From: Chlorokybus atmophyticus
Lineage: Eukaryota; Plantae; Mesostigma and Chlorokybus algae
Direction of reading: 5' to 3'
Length of the DNA: 64,000 bases
Assembly: GCA_009103225.1 (NCBI GenBank)
Contig: RHPI01000277.1
Location: forward strand, 766,074-830,073
The notes beneath the pieces were generated by a model. It was not told the origin of the DNA. It saw only the letters and a program-made list of their open reading frames with translations, and did not search any database. Shown piece by piece: positions 1 through 13,474 of the stretch. Within the stretch, counting starts at the first letter, position 1. Each line of letters begins with the position of its first letter. A program made the translations under genes and the position numbers.

Positions 1-89
1 TGTATTTGCGTATGCAAGCATGTGGCAAGGCACTCCCTCCTGCATATGTGCATCCTTCAGCAGCCACAAATCTGGCCCGTGTTTGACAG

Positions 90-773
90 GTTCATTCGCA
101 TAGGCACTTATCTCATCCTGGAGAGGCTGAAGTTTTCCGCCTACCGCACGCTGTTGAAAAAGATGTGAGCTTGTGGGTCTTTTGTGTATGCGGCTGTGTT
201 GAGGTATCGTGTTGAGACATTGTGCTGAAGTTCTGTGTCGTTGCCTGCTTGCAGCTTTCTTATTCAGCAGCAGCGAGAGCCAGCCAAAGCTCACCAGCTG
301 CACATATCGCTGTTTAAGAAGGCGCTTTCTTGGTTTGGGACCGATATGGACCTCGATGAGGCATGTTAACACCGTTGGTTCAATGCTGGCATGCATGCTT
401 GTACACATGCACGCATGTGCATACATGTGCCTTCATGCACGTGCACGCGCGGGTCCGTGCGTATCCGTCCGTGCATGCGCGAAGGCACGCACGCAGAGAG
501 AGAGACACACATGGGCATGCATGCATGCACGCACCCAAGCACGAATGGACACCCATAAACCTATGTGTGTGCACGCTTGCCCGCACACAAGCACCTCGAC
601 TTCTGACCTATAGTTTTTTTTCTCGCTTGTTTGTGCAGATCGAGTGCATTCTGGCCAACCTGATCTACAAGAAGTACGTCAAGGGGTACATCTCGCACAA
701 GAACCGCGTGGTCGTCCTGAGCAAGCAGCAGGCGTTTCCGGCGCTCTCGTCCGTTTCCCCCACAGACTCGTAG
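90..773 (+). CDS. PCID2: 3' exons of PCI-domain protein PCID2/THP1/EER5 (gene begins upstream of window)
   Basis: Spliced translation [14 protein letters not shown]...DMDLDE|[34 protein letters not shown] matches the recalled PCID2 C-terminus ([24 protein letters not shown]). Stop TAG at 771-773. Confidence 0.88.
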
Positions 774-1895
774 CTCCTGCGTGGATGTGTGTATGTTGTT
801 TTAAAAAGGCAGGGCTTGCAGCTACCCCGGCTGCACGGGTCGCGCATTGCTACGAGTCCACCAGCTTCCAGGCCTTTCGTGCTCAGCTTAGCGACCCCAC
901 TGCCAGGCGCGCAATCTTTGCACCGCACGCGCAGTAGTTGTGTGTGCCCATGCATGCGATCTGTTGCGCATGGAGAGCACAACATCGCTGTGTAGTGACA
1001 GTATACTACTGAGGTAGTAGACAGCGAAGGAGTGTTCCACCTGACTTCATGAAAGGACTCCAGTCAGTCCTAGACCAGCACTCCTGGTGTGCACAAGCCG
1101 TCATCCCAGCAGTGGGAAGATGACAACCATGCACGCAAAGTTTTACTAATGCATGCATGTATGATCTCATACCAGTACTTATTTGAATGTACATGTGTGG
1201 ATACGCTGCTGTTCCTGATACTGTACTGTGCAAAGATGCGAGCAAGTTATGTGTGCGATGCTTTGCCAGAGCATATATCTCATGAGCAGGTGGCGTAACG
1301 CGGTGCAAACAACAATGCAAAGTGAGTTACATGCCTGCCTATGTGCAGCACGCAATGTGCTTATGCATGCTGCCATAAAGAGGAAACCAAACGCGGTTGC
1401 TCTCGTCGGCACACACCTCATGGCATACACCTGCTGTCAGACTTAGTACACAGAACAGCCAGAAGTGTATGTGATCAGACAACATTGACATTGATATTTA
1501 ACTCGACAATCAACATGACAAGCACAGCAGATCCACTGCCTCGTTCTGCTAGTTTTGCCCTTGCTGTGCCACACAGCCACTGCACTTGCAACCTGAGTAC
1601 TAATGCACTCCAAGTCACTTAGTGGGTTGCGCCATTTTGGTACCGCAACTGACTGACTAAATGTTGAGCTCACTGCGAAGTAGACAGTACACAATGATGT
1701 AGTGTTGTTAGTGTGCATGTTGTCTGTGATATCTGTGCGTGTGCCAAACAGCACTTCACACATCCTGTACAATCTCAACTTCCCCAGCCTGAAAGGCTCC
1801 AAAAACCCAACTGGTTGCAAGCACTCAGCGTACCAACTCGGTACTACCAAGCCAGGCCAGACCCAGCGTGGACAGAGGGGGGGGGGGCCTGGACG

Positions 1896-3029
1896 ATGGG
1901 GATGGCAACGGCGGCAGCGGCGGCGGCGGCGTCGCTGGCCGCTGGTCTCGGCGCAGTATGGACGCAGCACCTGCTGCTGGGCGCAGCCGCTGCTGCTGCG
2001 CTGGCGGTGGTAATAACCCTGCTGACTCAGGCTGCCTTCAGGTTGAGTGCACAGCCTGCTGCAGGGGGTAAGCCTCCGCCGCCGCCGCCGCCGCCGCCGC
2101 CGGTGGTGCCGGGACTGCCTGTCCTGGGATCCGCCCTGGACATGGCCAGGATGGGAGCGCAGAACTTCATCGCACACTGCCACAAGAAGGTCGGGAGCGA
2201 TTGATGATCACAAGCAAGCATGCATGAGATGCATGCGCGTGCATGTGGGTGTGGGTGAAACTGTGGTAACACCTGCTTGCAGCACTCTGACAGAGAGTGA
2301 GCTATGTGCACGCGAATATGCATGCACGCACAAAGGCGACAACGAGTTTGTTTGTTTGTATAGGTATGGGATGAGTGAACACTCCCCCGTCGCTGTTACG
2401 CAATCACTTCACACGAAGTGCGCGCACCCATACGCACTCGCATTCTGTGAGCACATGCACACTCACTCTCACGCACTCCATGCACGCACCTTTGCACCGC
2501 CAACACGCACACACGCTTATGCGCGGGGGCATGCACCCGCCCACACACGCTGACACACCCTCACACGCACGCACTCCCCCCCGCAGTACGGCGACACCTT
2601 CACCCTCCTTCTCCCTCCCTTCGGCCAGCGCATGACGTTCGTGCTCAATCCGGCAGACGCGCATTCCATCCTGTCCGACGCGTACCCGGAATCCAAAGTC
2701 ACCTTCCGACCCGCCGTCGAGCGATTCACCCAACGCGTCTTTGGACTAGATTCGCGGCGGTTCTTCCCTGACATGCACGCGGCCATGCTACGGAACATGC
2801 GCAGGTGGGGTATGTCGGTTTGCTGTTACACACTCGCACGCACGCACGCGCGCACCCACCCATCCACTCACACCCACCCACACGCATGTGTAGGTACATG
2901 TGCGCGCGTGCGCGGATGTACCTGCCACGCACCTATGCATATAGGCACGCGCATGCACTCGCACTTCCTCACACACATGCGCATGCGTGCGCACAGCAGG
3001 CGCATGCACCGACATGCGCGTAGGCACAT

Positions 3030-3067
<38 letters not shown>

Positions 3068-5141
3068 AGTCACCCGCTCACGCGCTCGATGAGTTGTATT
3101 CAGCTTGCTTGCGCCGGCGGGGTTGCAAGGCTACGGCCAGGAGCTGGGGCGGAGGATAGCGCGAGAGTTGAGGTCTGCACTGAGTTGCAAAGAGGACGAC
3201 AGTCACCAACTACACGAACGGCAACAGCAACAGCAACAGCAACAGCAACAACAACAGCCCGCAATCGACCTTGTCGAGACGGTGCACAAGGCGCTGTTTG
3301 CTGCGGCTATCGATACACTGTTTGGAGGTGCGTGCGCGTGCGTGCATATATGCACACGTGTGCATCCGGGTGTCTCGGCGTGTGCAAGTATGGTGCGGGT
3401 GCGTGTGTGTGTGTCTCTCTGCTGCAATAGATGTATGCCAGGAAGGTAATATTACCCTCCCACTGTCTTGATGCAGAGCGGTTTTGCCAGCGTCACACGC
3501 GCGAGGCCGTCTTCACCAACTTCACGGCCTTCGAGAAGTCCTTCGAGGTGGGCGCCTCGCCCATACCTCACATCTTCCTACACAGGTGATAAGCACACAC
3601 CATCAAAACAATAGCCAACGCTACGCACGCACGCACGCACGCACGCACACACACACATCATTCCCACTCAGTTTCCGCCGCTCACGCGCGTGGCTCCTGC
3701 GCGCCCTCTCCTCCTCCCTCTCCGCGGGCGACTTCACCTCCACACCAGTAGAAACCGCAGTACTAACTTCCACCCACACCCCCACCCCCACACCCACACC
3801 CACACCCACATCCTCCCTATCCGCGGGCGCTCTGCTCGCCACGCTGTGGGCCGCCCACGCCAACACTCTCCCCGCCGCCTTCTGGACGTGCGCTCTCGTC
3901 TCTCTCCCGCGCAACAGAGCGTGGCGTGACAGCATTGTTGAGGAGATTGATCAGAAAATGATAGAGGGGGGCAAAGAGGGTGGGGGAGAGGTGGTGGATG
4001 TGTGCGTGGGGGTCGCGTTGGAGGGACGAAAGAACGTGCTAGGGAGGTGCGTGAGTGAAGCGGTGAGGCTGAGGGCGAGCGGGATCGACGTGAGGATCGC
4101 GGCGTCCGATGTGGTGAGATGGGAGCATGTGGGGTTGGGGTGTTGTGGGGTTGTGGGTACTACGGCTGTCTCAGGCCAATGCACAGCAGTTGCTGTCTGT
4201 GTGTTGAACTTGTTACACGGTACATGCACACGTTCGTGCGGATGCCATTGCGGTTACACACGCACACATGCGCGCAGACTTGCCGAGCACACAACAAGCT
4301 TGAACTGCGTTGTTGCGACTTTGCCGTGTTCAAGCACTTGCCTTAGTACACGGTATCCTACCACAATCACACTATCCTATACGTCACGCCACCCCACCAC
4401 ATCAGGTGATCGGCAGTCACACGGTCCCGCGCGGCGACGTCCTCGCGCTGTCCCCCGCATTAGCCCACGTGGACCCGCGCATGTTCGGCCCGGACGCCGA
4501 CGACTTTAGACCCGACAGGTGGCTCGGGGGCGAGACGGCGTCGTTGGGGCCGGGTACGTTGTGTTGGGTTGTGGTGTGGTGTGATTCGTGTGGTTTTGAT
4601 TGATGACTGGTTGGTTGGTAGTGGTGGGTTGTGTTTGGTGCGTGTGAGTGATGATGGTGTTGTGGCTGTATTTGATGTTGATATGTTGTGATCTGACATG
4701 TGCAGGGGTTGGATTTGCGTTCGGCGGTGGGAAGTATCGATGCCCAGGTAGGAAGACGTGTATAGCTGCCGGCGCGTATGTGTGTGGGCGTGTGCGCGCG
4801 CATATGTGTCTGTGTCTGTGCGCGTGCGTGCGAGTGCGTGCACTTGTGTGCGTCAATGCGCGCATGTCATTCTGTGCTGAGCTTCACAAGGTACGAAGAA
4901 TTTCATTAACCCAGGGCGGTATTTCGCGGAGATGGAGGTGGCATTGTTTACGGCGCTGATGCTGTACACATACGATATCGAGTTGATACCCAACTCCAAC
5001 ATCAACACCACTTCCACTTTCGCCTCCGACGCGAAGTCTTTTCTGCCGCCGGTCGATGCGAGCCGCCTCGTCGGCGTGCAACACCCCGCCGGCCCGTGCC
5101 TTGCGCGGATCCGAAAGAGGAGAACGAGTGCGGTCGGGTAG
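1896..5141 (+). CDS. Cytochrome P450, CYP39/CYP7-clan-like, 8 exons
   Basis: N-terminal membrane anchor, Pro hinge (PPVVPGLPVLG), I-helix ATLWAAHANTLPAAFW, ExxR (EAVR), FRPDRW, heme motif FAFGGGKYRCPG|R and C-terminal LVGVQHPAGPC. Exon phases join consistently. Confidence 0.92.
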
Positions 5142-5195
5142 TGGGGATGGGAGGCTTACGGGTGGTGTAGGGGGGGGGGGGGGGGGGGGGGGGGG

Positions 5196-5441
5196 NNNNN
5201 NNNNNNNNNNNNNNNNNNNNNNNNNNNNNNNNNNNNNNNNNNNNNNNNNNNNNNNNNNNNNNNNNNNNNNNNNNNNNNNNNNNNNNNNNNNNNNNNNNNN
5301 NNNNNNNNNNNNNNNNNNNNNNNNNNNNNNNNNNNNNNNNNNNNNNNNNNNNNNNNNNNNNNNNNNNNNNNNNNNNNNNNNNNNNNNNNNNNNNNNNNNN
5401 NNNNNNNNNNNNNNNNNNNNNNNNNNNNNNNNNNNNNNNNN
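5196..5441. other. Assembly gap (N run) flanked by poly-G; a second such gap lies at about 59653-59814
   Basis: N characters bounded on both sides by G homopolymers. Confidence 0.95.
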
Positions 5442-7471
5442 GGGGGGGGGGGGGGGGGGGAGGGAGTTGTTGGTTTGTGACCAGGATATGCGAGCAACCA
5501 ATAAGAGTATGCATTTGCAAGCCACCATTGGCATGTAGCCAGTGTGTGTCTCTACACACCAAGTTTAATTACGATGTTGGCGTAGGCGCGCACGTGTGCG
5601 GGTTAATTATTTGTATCTGCGTCTTTGTGTGCATGTGTGCGCGTGCGTTCACCTTGCACAATCGATGTGAGGGGCAATTGCGCATGCAAATAGTATACGC
5701 GTGTGTGTACAAAATATATGACGTGCTAGTAGGCACACGCATGCAATGCACACAATCACTCCAGCATTACATGCACACTAGTATACATCTCACCGTTGTC
5801 ACCATCAGGCTAATCTACTGCACTAAACTAAACCAGCTACTAGCCTTCCCCGTTAGACATGCATGTACATGCACACGTTTATCATTACCTGCCCACACGG
5901 GCTGTGCGTTGCGCATGCATGCTAGTGCACATCAGTTAGTTGGTGCCCTTGCCCTTTTCATTGAGCTGCTCTTGCCCGTGTGCTCGCTGGTGGTTGTGCT
6001 TGGCTTGCTGTGCGTGCATGCTGTGTCAACACTTGGAAAGCCTATGCATATCACATGCTATAACGGTGTGGCACACGTAGTTGTAAGTCAAGCTGGTTGA
6101 AGCAATCCAAGTCATGCTCTTTGTCAAGCTTTTGACACTGCGGTTGCGAGTACAGATGTGTATGATTTGTCCTTGTTGTGCCACTCAACGTCGCGTGTCA
6201 AAGCCGCAAGTTGTATATTAAGTGCATTTTGTCAACAACTTGCAAGTATATGCGTTGTTTGACTCGCTTGACAAAGCCGGACAACTTTTTGATGTTGCAA
6301 ACAGTATGCACACGTTGGGGCGGACGTGCATCCGATCCGTACGCAACAACCTCTTTCAAGAATTTAAGAGGCCGTTGCAAGTTGATAGCTGCGTCGACAC
6401 ACAAGCAGCAAAAGGCAGTAAGGTTAATGAAGCTAAGCGCTTGTTATAAACCCGATAGCACAATAAAGAACAATATCCCCATTATCGCAGTCTATAAATG
6501 TGTTGTAGGTATCATGTTCCCGGTTGCGCATACATTAAGCCATGGCACGAGCAGCAATATCAAATAAGTTTTCAGCACATGAATCAATTACGTAATGACA
6601 TGAAGACTTGGTGAGTAATTGGAATCAAGGTTGCTGCTCCAATGGTTTGCAATAAAATAGCATGATGTTGTATGCCATACAAGTTTGTGTTGTGTTAAGA
6701 TGACAATTGCGCATGCATACACATAGCGATATATGCGCATACATGCACGCATAAGTACATCGCACAAATGATGCGTAGCATATGCGCGCATCGTGGTAAA
6801 TTATGTCAATTAGGCATCATATTGTACGAATAGATAAATTTGTTCAAGAAGAGCTATTCTGCGGTGTTAAAACTCTCATCCAAGTATTTAACATGCCACG
6901 GAAGCCATAAAGTTGTTGGCATATACACAACATTTCAAAGACAGTGAGTCACAGTCCTCACTGTCATTGCGTTTGGGCTCTGCATCAATAACTTGCTAAC
7001 ACGCATGGTCACACGTGTTCTACACAACATTTCTGTGCATGTATACCAATATAGCTCTTAATACATGATGTAGTTTTAAGCTCGGCTTGCACGACGTTAT
7101 TGTTGTCACAATATCATATTATACTATTTATACTACCAACAATAACAGCATCGACGTTAATCTTGTTGTCATAGATTTAGCGATCTTGTACATAGTCGCT
7201 ACATCTACAAGTGGTATAGCTAGATTGTTGTTGGTCCTTGACAATATTATCGATAATAACAGTACCCGGTAACTGTTTGTTCCAATCCATCTGTTGCCTG
7301 AGCTAATTCAATTCATGCATACTCTGAGGTGAGCAGGCCCATTGACCTGAGTGGTGAGTCACCATCTGTGTCATTGGAGAGTCGTCTTGGCGCCAAAAGT
7401 TTGACCCCAAACGCCATCACTTCTGCTGCAGAGTGATCGGCAGCTGGGCGGCGGCGGCGGCAGCGGTGACT

Positions 7472-8609
7472 ATGGCGGACGAAGGCGACAGGGACGGCCC
7501 TGGCGATGAGCCGAAGCTGCCGGAGTTCAAGCTAGGTATGAGCAGCGAGGCAGCGGGGAGCATAATGACCATGATTTTGTGTGTGTATGCGTGCGTGTGT
7601 TTGTGCAGTGTAAGCTGCTGGTGGTCAGCGTTGGCTGTCAAGTGTGTGTTTCCCGGTTGTTCAAAAGCTTAGCTGCTATGGGTATTACCTCTCTGTGTGC
7701 GATGAGGTTGCAATGACCAAAATTCAGCTTGCATATAATAATATAACGCTTGCAACTTGATGATATACAGCTGAAACGAATGAGTTGAAGCAAATTGGGC
7801 ATAGCTTCATGCTATAATACTCTTGCTTGCGTTCTTTCCGCTTTGCAGACGCCAACCAGGCTCGCGGTTTCATCAGTTGCTTCAACCGTCTTACGAAGGT
7901 ACATGTGGATGCATGCATGCATGCATTGTCGTCATTCACGGTCATATGCAAGGCATGACATAGCCTAGACTCACCAATGCGCTAGTGTTAAGCATGCCTT
8001 TTGCATAGACAAGCAGTCTGCGAGTCGTGCAAAGAGACTCGTAGCAGCTGAGGTGTCTAAGCATCAAGTGCTTACTATGCATGTCAAGTGGACATCGTCA
8101 ACAATGCACGCAAGTCAACTGCAGCTGCTAGCTGTAAAACAAAACACGTTGATTGAATGCTTACACATCGTCAATACACAGGAAGCGAACATAGTGAGAT
8201 TTTTTGACAGAAAGGTGCGTGGCTGCAGTCAACCTATACACGCTTGCAAGCTTGGCCTAATCACAGCTGAAGCCCACCATTTTGCATACACATGAGCAGG
8301 ACTACTTCACTGTTCACGGCGACAATGCCTCCTTCATCGCCACTTCCTACTACCGCACGTCCGCCGTGATCCGCTCCCTCGGTTCCGGTCAAGAAGCACT
8401 CCCCAGTGTGACGGTCAGTCGCAGCATGTTTGAGACGATACTAAGGGATCTCTTACTGGAACGGTCGGAGTATACCGTAGAAGTGTACGAGGGGGCGGGA
8501 AGCAACTGGCAGAGGACCAAAACGGGGAGCCCGGGGATGCTGGACAGGTGTGCGTGTGCGTGTGCGTGTGCGTGTGCGTGTGCGTGTGCGTGTGCGTGTG
8601 CGTGTGCGT

Positions 8610-8640
<31 letters not shown>

Positions 8641-11600
8641 CGTGCGTGTGCGTGCGTGCGTGCGTGTGTGTGCGTGCATGCAAGCGTGCATACATGTGCG
8701 CGTGCGTGCGTGCGTGCGTGTGAAAACTTTCACTGGTATATGATGGTTACACGCTGCTGTAACCATCATGTTGCGAAGCTTCCCACAGTCAGATTGAGAC
8801 TCGGTTCGGTGGCAGTTTTGAAGATGTCTTGTATGGCGGCGCGTACGAGATGCAGGAGACGCCGGTCATCATGGCCTTGCGCGTATCCGTGCGCGAGAGA
8901 GAACGAACCGTCGGGTTGGCGTATTGCGACACGACGCAGCGAATCATTGGCCTGGCAGACTTTGTTGACGACGATCAGGTAAGCACTCTCACACATACAC
9001 TTGAACATCACCAAGTCTCCACTTCATTTGACAGGTTGTTGTTGACCGTGGTGCGTGTTGCTGTGCAGTACAACAACCTTGAATCTGTGCTGGTGGCTCT
9101 CAACTGCCGGGAGTGCTTGATCCCACAGGTACAAGGAGCTTGAGTTGGCTATTAAGGATGTCAGTAATGTGTGCGTGCGCACATGCGCGTATGTGCAAGC
9201 ACATACCCGCATGTGCGCGCACTCATCTTGTTGTTGATCAGGAGGCCAACTCGCCAGATCAGCGGAGGCTACATGACGTGATCAAGCGGTGCGGAGCGCA
9301 CGTAACGACCCGCAAGCGCAGCGAGTTTGTCGCGCGAGACGCCGAACGCGACCTCACGCGCTTGATCAAGGGGAACGTCGCTCAGGTGCGTCGCACAGGT
9401 GTTTCCAAGTCAAGTGTGTATGTTGGGGTTGGCGAATCTGATACACAATCGCATAACTCCACAGTTACACACACATCTACATATATGCATGCAGACATGC
9501 GTACATACACATGTATGCATACATATCTGCATGCATGCAGACAGGTGTAAGTACACCCAGCATACAGACAAACGTACATATGTACGTGCACATACGTGCA
9601 CACATATACATACACACATGCATGCATACATACTCAAGGAAGGTACGTACATGTGCGTGTATGCACCTATGTGGTTACATACACATGTACATACATGTAT
9701 GTGCACACACGTGTGAACACACACTCCTACACACGCGTGCTCGCCTGCACGCACGCACGCATACGCCTGTACTCCTATCCGCCACACACACCCGCACACA
9801 TATCTACACAACCGCCTACGCACTCCTCCTGTCCCGTCCGCAGCACCGCGCCGTGTTGGATTCCGAGCCCGCCTGCTCCGCCCTCTCCGTCCTCCTCTCC
9901 CACACCTCCCTCCTCGGCGACGACAGCAACTACGGCAGATACCGCCTTCAGCAGTACGTGTTGGGCCAGTACATGCGTCTGGACGCGACGGCGATGCGGG
10001 CGCTGAACGTGATGGAGAGCAGGACGGACGGGAACAGGAGTTTCAGCTTGTTTGGGTTGATGGATAGGACGGTCACGGCGGGGATGGGGAAGAGACTGCT
10101 GCATCGGTGGCTGAAACAACCGCTGCTGGATGTTGGGCAGGTAGGCGGGTGGTGACATGTGTCTTTGTTGACCGGTTATTTTGTTGGTTTCGTGCGTTTT
10201 GAGTAGTGTTGGATGCGCCTGTGTTTTCTGTGTTGTTGCACGCAGTGTGTATATGTGCACGCGCGTGCGCGCTTGTGTGTGTGTGTGTGTATGCATGCGT
10301 GCGCGCATGTGTGTGTGTGCGCATGCGTGCGTGTGTGTGCTGGGTCGTATCTGATGATGCTACTTCTTGTCTGCAGCTTACTGAGCGTCACGATGTGGTT
10401 GAAGCTTTCACCCAAGACGTCGAAGTGCGCCGCGAGCTGCGCGACGAGCACCTCAAGCGCATACACGACATCGAGCGCCTCGCACGCAAGCTGGAAAGGC
10501 GCCGATCCACGCTGCAAGACATTGTCAAACTGTACCAGGTCAATCGTCGCTTGCGACTGTCTCACAGCTGATGCATAGCATTCTGCATTGCAATGTCTAG
10601 ACGAAAATTATGATTGGTCCACACTACTTGTCTGGGTAACATTCTGTGTGCATGTGTGTGTGTGCGTGCGTGCATGTGTGTGCACGCGTGCGTAAGCATT
10701 GCACTCAAGGCGTGACTAACTTCTCATGCAGGCAAGCATCCGCATTCCATTCATCCGCAAGGTGATCACGCGCTACGAGGGTGATCACGCCGCTCTCTTC
10801 AAGACAAAGTACGTTTAGACCGACACGTGTTGCTCGTGCGCGGCCACACACGCACCCGAGCACAAATGATGATGCTCCACCTTTACTGCATGACAGATAT
10901 ATCGATGAACTCGCTGATGTGGAGGGAACCGAGCACCTCGGCAAGTACGAGCAGCTGGTGGAGGCTGCCATTGACATAGATCAGATCGAACATGGAGAGT
11001 ACCTCATCTCTCCCAACTACGACACCGACCTGGCGGACATAAAGGTGAGAAGGAGGGAGGCTTTGGTGACTGTGCTTTGCGTGTGTGGGGTTGTGGGCGT
11101 GCGTGTGTGCTAAAGACTCGTTTGCTTTGAAGGCTGAGCGGGATGCTGTGGACGCGTCTATGCGCCGTTGCTTCTCGGCCGCAGCGGAGGACCTGGACCT
11201 CGTCGCTGATAAGACGATCAAGCTGGATAAGACGCCTTTGTACGGTTGGGTGTTTCGCGTGTCTAAGAAGGAAGAAATGAAGGTGTGTGGCTTTGTATTC
11301 ACATGTGCCCGTGTGTGTGCCTGGGTGTGCGTGTGTGTACTAAGTGATGCAGTTACCAGGCTTGTGCATCAACTGGTTGTATGCCAACCATAGGTGCGGA
11401 AACAGCTGGAGGTGAGGTACCAAAGGTGTGGAGTGCGCAAAGATGGCGTGCTCTTCACCAACAGGTGAGAAAAGCACCACAGAGCTGATTTGTCAAAACG
11501 GGAGTTTACTAGCAGAGCCTCAGCGTGTTCAAGCAATGTCACCAGTGTACTCCAACATAATTGCTTACTTCCATGTGCAATCGCGTGCAGGGAACTGAAG

Positions 11601-13474
11601 CAGTTGAGCGAGAAACATACCAGGTTGTCTGATGAATACACCGCCAAACAAAAGAATCTTGTTGCGAAGGTATTGTTGTAAAAGCCTTGCACATGAGCAG
11701 GATTACAGCACGGGGTCACACACGTGCGCACCCACGTGCACGCACACATGCACAGGTTGTGGACGTTGCGGCCACGTTCGTCCCTCTCTTCGAGCGCATT
11801 GCGGCCGTCCTGGCCGAACTCGACGTCCTGGCCGCCTTTGCCGACCTCGCGCTGTCCGCGCCGATTCCGTACGTGCGGCCGAGCGTCACCGCGCAAGGCG
11901 CGGGAGACATCGTACTCAAAGGAAGCAGACACCCTTGCGTCGAAGTTCAGGTCTGTACTCGGCGCGTGCGTGCGTGCGTATGTGCGTGCGTGTGTGCGTG
12001 TGTGTGTGCGCGTATGTGTGCACGTTTTCTTCTTTGGGTTGGTGTCGAACAGGTCAAGCCTGACCATCTGCATGTGTTGTCGACAGGATGATGTGGCGTT
12101 TATCGCGAACGATTGCGAGCTCGTGCGTGACAAGAGCTGGTTTCAGATCATCACAGGTCCGAACATGGGTGGGAAAAGCACCTACATCAGACAAGTGGCT
12201 GTCAATGTGCTGATGGCTCAGGTTAGTGTTGTAGTAATGCTTAGAGCTGAACATTATTTACAAACATTGCAATAGTTTTGCGCTTTGTTGTTTGACACAG
12301 TCCGTCATATGCGACAGTTGCACACATCAGTCACATATGTGTGGAAGAGGCAGTGTGTGGTGTGCAGTGCACGCCTAACTGTGTCCATATTCATGAACAG
12401 GTGGGTAGTTTTGTTCCATGCGATTCCGCCACGATCAGCGTGCGGGATTGCATCTTTGCGCGCGTGGGTGCCGGTGACTGCCAGCTACGCGGCGTGTCCA
12501 CGTTTATGGCGGAGATGCTCGAGACCGCAGCCATCCTAAAAGCCGCCACGTCGTCCTCGCTCGTCATCATCGACGAGCTCGGGCGCGGCACGTCCACGTA
12601 CGACGGGTTCGGACTGGCGTGGGCTATATCGGAACATCTGGCAGCCATCATTCAGGTACAAGAAGGGGTACACGTGTATCACAGATGATCTGGCTTCATG
12701 TTTTTCATGCAATTGGGGTTGACCTCAACAACTTTTTATGTGTAGGCTCCAACGTTGTTTGCCACCCACTTTCATGAGCTCACTGCGCTCGCCAACCCGG
12801 GAGCCACTGTGCCGGGTCCCAATGGCGCAGCTGTACCTGTGGTTGGCGTGGCCAACTACCACGTCAGCGCCCATACGGACGAGAACTCCAGAAGGCTCAC
12901 CATGCTGTACAAGGTGTGTGATCATTACCAAACGCTGTTGCTGTCTTGAAATTGAACAGACACATGCATCTACAAGCACACACACATGCGCCTGCACATG
13001 CGCATGCACGCATATGCGCATGCACGCACACCCTCCCGCGTATGCACGCGCACACGTACAAACACACACGTGCACTCCTCTGTGGCACTGCAGGTTCAGC
13101 CTGGTCCTTGTGACCAGAGCTTCGGCATCCACGTGGCCGAGTTTGCCCACTTCCCGGAGAGCGTCATCGCATTAGCTAAAAGGAAAGCCGCAGAGCTTGA
13201 GGACTTTTCAAGTGCCACTATCACTGATGATGATGTTGATCATGATGCCATTAATCCTGGCTCCAAGCGCAAGCGCGTGTCGTGCCCGAGTGACGCCACT
13301 TCTGGCGCCGCGCGGATAAAGAAGTTCCTCGCGGATTTTGCCGCCGTCCCCTTGAAGCAGATGGACAAAGAGGAGGGGCTCGCGCGTGTGCGCCAACTCA
13401 AAGCGGGCCTCGACAGTGATGCTAAAAGCAATGCGTGGCTGGCGCAGCTGCTGCAGAAATGCTTGCAAGACTGA
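7472..13474 (+). CDS. MSH2: DNA mismatch repair protein MSH2 (about 18 exons)
   Basis: KLPEFKLD, VRFFDRK|[23 protein letters not shown], Walker [44 protein letters not shown] and [16 protein letters not shown]. All modelled introns are GT-AG. Confidence 0.98.
8548..8720. repeat. (GTGCGT)n/(GT)n intronic microsatellite in MSH2
   Basis: Directly visible tandem repeat starting at the donor site. Confidence 0.95.

Noticed and set aside
1010-1020. TGAGGTAGTAG, identical to the first 11 nt of animal let-7
   Set aside because: An 11-nt match is unremarkable by chance; the rest of let-7 and a precursor hairpin are absent.
2788-3065. Numerous ORFs of HTHT/CVCV/ERER type here and throughout the track
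   Set aside because: They are translations of intronic microsatellites lying between exons of recognisable genes.
3712-3829. 19-bp direct repeat (SSLSAG twice) flanking 99 bp in the P450, suggesting an insertion
   Set aside because: The segment is in frame and fills the G-to-I helix interval that CYP39-type proteins need; a local low-complexity duplication is a sufficient explanation.
5170-5460. Poly-G runs around N gaps (also about 59645-59830) as G-quadruplex or poly-Gly/Pro ORFs
   Set aside because: They abut assembly gaps and may be sequencing artefacts; true length and content are unknown.
5884-5930. U1 snRNA-like 5' end (ATTACCTG) or Helitron 3' end (hairpin plus CTAG)
   Set aside because: No U1 stem-loops or Sm site follow, and the second copy lacks CTAG.
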